Source: Takakia lepidozioides (lineage: Eukaryota > Plantae > Bryophyta). Taken from it: a DNA stretch of 64,000 nt. Under the pieces are notes generated by a model. The model saw only the letters and a program-made list of their open reading frames with translations, ran no database searches and was not told the origin of the DNA. Shown in pieces: positions 62,361 to 64,000 of the stretch (positions within the stretch are counted from its first letter, which is position 1; the number at the start of each line of letters is the position of its first letter). The position numbers and the translations under genes were made by a program. The DNA lies in assembly GCA_030704615.1 (NCBI GenBank), contig CM060733.1:67022001-67086000 (forward strand), written 5' to 3'.

Positions 62361-62565
62361 TTGCCTGTATTATAGTACAAAACATAAAAATTCCAAAGGG
62401 GTGGTAAGAAAGCAGCGGGTAGTTTGGTGGTTGGATGCATTTATTATTACCACGGGGGTGTTGAGTTCAAACCTCGTGCATGGTGCGATGGAAATTGTAT
62501 GTTTAAGGATTTGACTGAGGTACCATTAGGTTTTGGCATCTCCAAAAAATTTCGAAGTCCCTCAA

Positions 62566-62775
62566 GCGGATCTCCGCTCCCCTGTTCCCAATTGCTGCTC
62601 CCCTGTTCCCACATACATACCGCTCCCCTGTTCTCCTTTGCTCCCCTGTTACCGCTCCCCTGTTACTACTCCGGGCTCCCTTGTGCTATTGCTCCCCTGT
62701 TTTATTGCTTCGCCGCTCCAATATCAGGGGAGCGGAGAATAGGGGAGCTGAGGAGCGGGGAGCAATAACAGGGGA
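62566..62775. repeat. gctcccctgtt direct and inverted motif cluster (MITE-like)
   Basis: Several gctcccctgtt copies followed by aggggagc inverted copies. Confidence 0.65.
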
Positions 62776-64000
62776 GGGGGGGGGGCGCCTCAATCACCTT
62801 CCAGTGTAACTTTGAAAATAAGTTACCCCAAGTTTTTGACTTCATGTGTCTTAGTCATAGATATAACTTGCCCCTAATCATAAATTGCGCTAAATCGTGA
62901 ACACCTATGCCTGAAAAGCAGAGATGAATTAAATTCCATGAATTATCTTCCTAATTTTGAAGTTGCTGAGGCTTTTTAGTTGAGAACTTGTAGCTAACCT
63001 ATGGTAAATCTGGCTTTAAGCAATGTATTGGGATTCCAATGGGTATGAAAGGGGAAAGCCCGCTCATGAAATATGAAAAACACACAAAGATCAGATAAGA
63101 AAAACAGAAAACATATAGACTCAAACTTACACAACTCTAGGATGCAATGTCATTGAAGGCAATGAAGCCCTTAGCAAGAAATTACGTAGGAGGATAGCAA
63201 AGAGCACATATAGCCTGAAAGTGCGGACCACCTAGTAGGTGTTTCTTCTCAATCAACCACACTCCCAAGATCACAAACCATGAGAATCCCCCCACCAGAT
63301 ATCTTGCAAGAGCGAGTAGATTGCGAATAAACCAGCACTGGACAAGGTCATCCCAAGTAAACTGACATGTACAAATTCACTGGTGAAAGTACCTTCAACT
63401 GCATATAGGTCCCTCAACTCACAGGAAAGGCAATATTGCAGCACAAATAATCCCACACGAATGGCCCAAGCGGTCTGCGGTCTTCATAGCAACTCAATGG
63501 TGCACTTTTCAATGTTTCAATGTATCAAAAGTGATGAAAACTGTACAAGCAATGGCTGCACAGATGGCATGTTACTCATTGAAAACATAACATATGTTGG
63601 TGAATTGCTGAGAGTTGCCTCAATGCATAAATACATCTATAGGCTGTAGGAACACTGGAACTCTGCATCTTCTCCACTTTCTTCATTGGCATCAGTGAAG
63701 CAGCCTTGGAATTTTTACCGAAGATTGCCTTCAAAATTGAGAACACAACATAGTGGAATAACCCATGCTACACAGGATGGTATGAGGAAGGAGGGAGCAA
63801 GGGAGGATCCATCGCATGTCATTCCGACCATCAACTTTCCAAATTAGGAACACTGCAGATCCAAGTGCAGATTATATAGAAAATGGCTACCAATTCCATG
63901 GGATAAGGAAGAATATGCATAAACCATTTCTCAGATGCAGTTCTGTACTGCACTCCACACTGCCAGGACTCTGCACAATCGTCAAACTGCAGCCACATTC

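Noticed and set aside
30733-62361. Giant ~31.6-kb TIR element bounded by 37-bp perfect inverted repeats
   Set aside because: No TSD; both ends read CTAG|T like Helitron 3' ends, and a third degenerate copy lies at 30465-30494.
63270-64000. Possible minus-strand gene at the window edge
   Set aside because: Stops in all frames and no recognisable family.

Overview
Eukaryotic nuclear DNA from a land plant. A non-seed plant such as a bryophyte or lycophyte is likely, inferred from the PLS-class PPR/DYW relics and the RTE-X-like LINE. Only one gene looks intact: a 3-exon TMEM131-like (DUF3651-type) membrane protein at 512-5808. The other ~58 kb is a nested, rearranged graveyard of transposable elements: Ty3/gypsy gag, RT, RNase H, integrase, LTR, PBS and PPT pieces, two LINE types, a head-to-tail non-autonomous Helitron array, and hAT-like and fold-back elements. 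Interleaved with these are intron-containing fragments of host genes (organellar HSP90, E2F, an SDR, a ParB-like gene), an ALKBH10-like fragment and three PPR relics. The best leads are: (1) a LINE with a 2A-like StopGo motif and a possible cysteine-protease module upstream of its AP endonuclease; (2) PPR editing-factor relics each tied to a mobile element, including an in-frame retroelement-PPR fusion; (3) Helitron concatemer junctions; (4) a spliced ParB/Srx-like gene relic; (5) recurrent micro-inversions. All family assignments come from reading motifs by eye; no searches were run.
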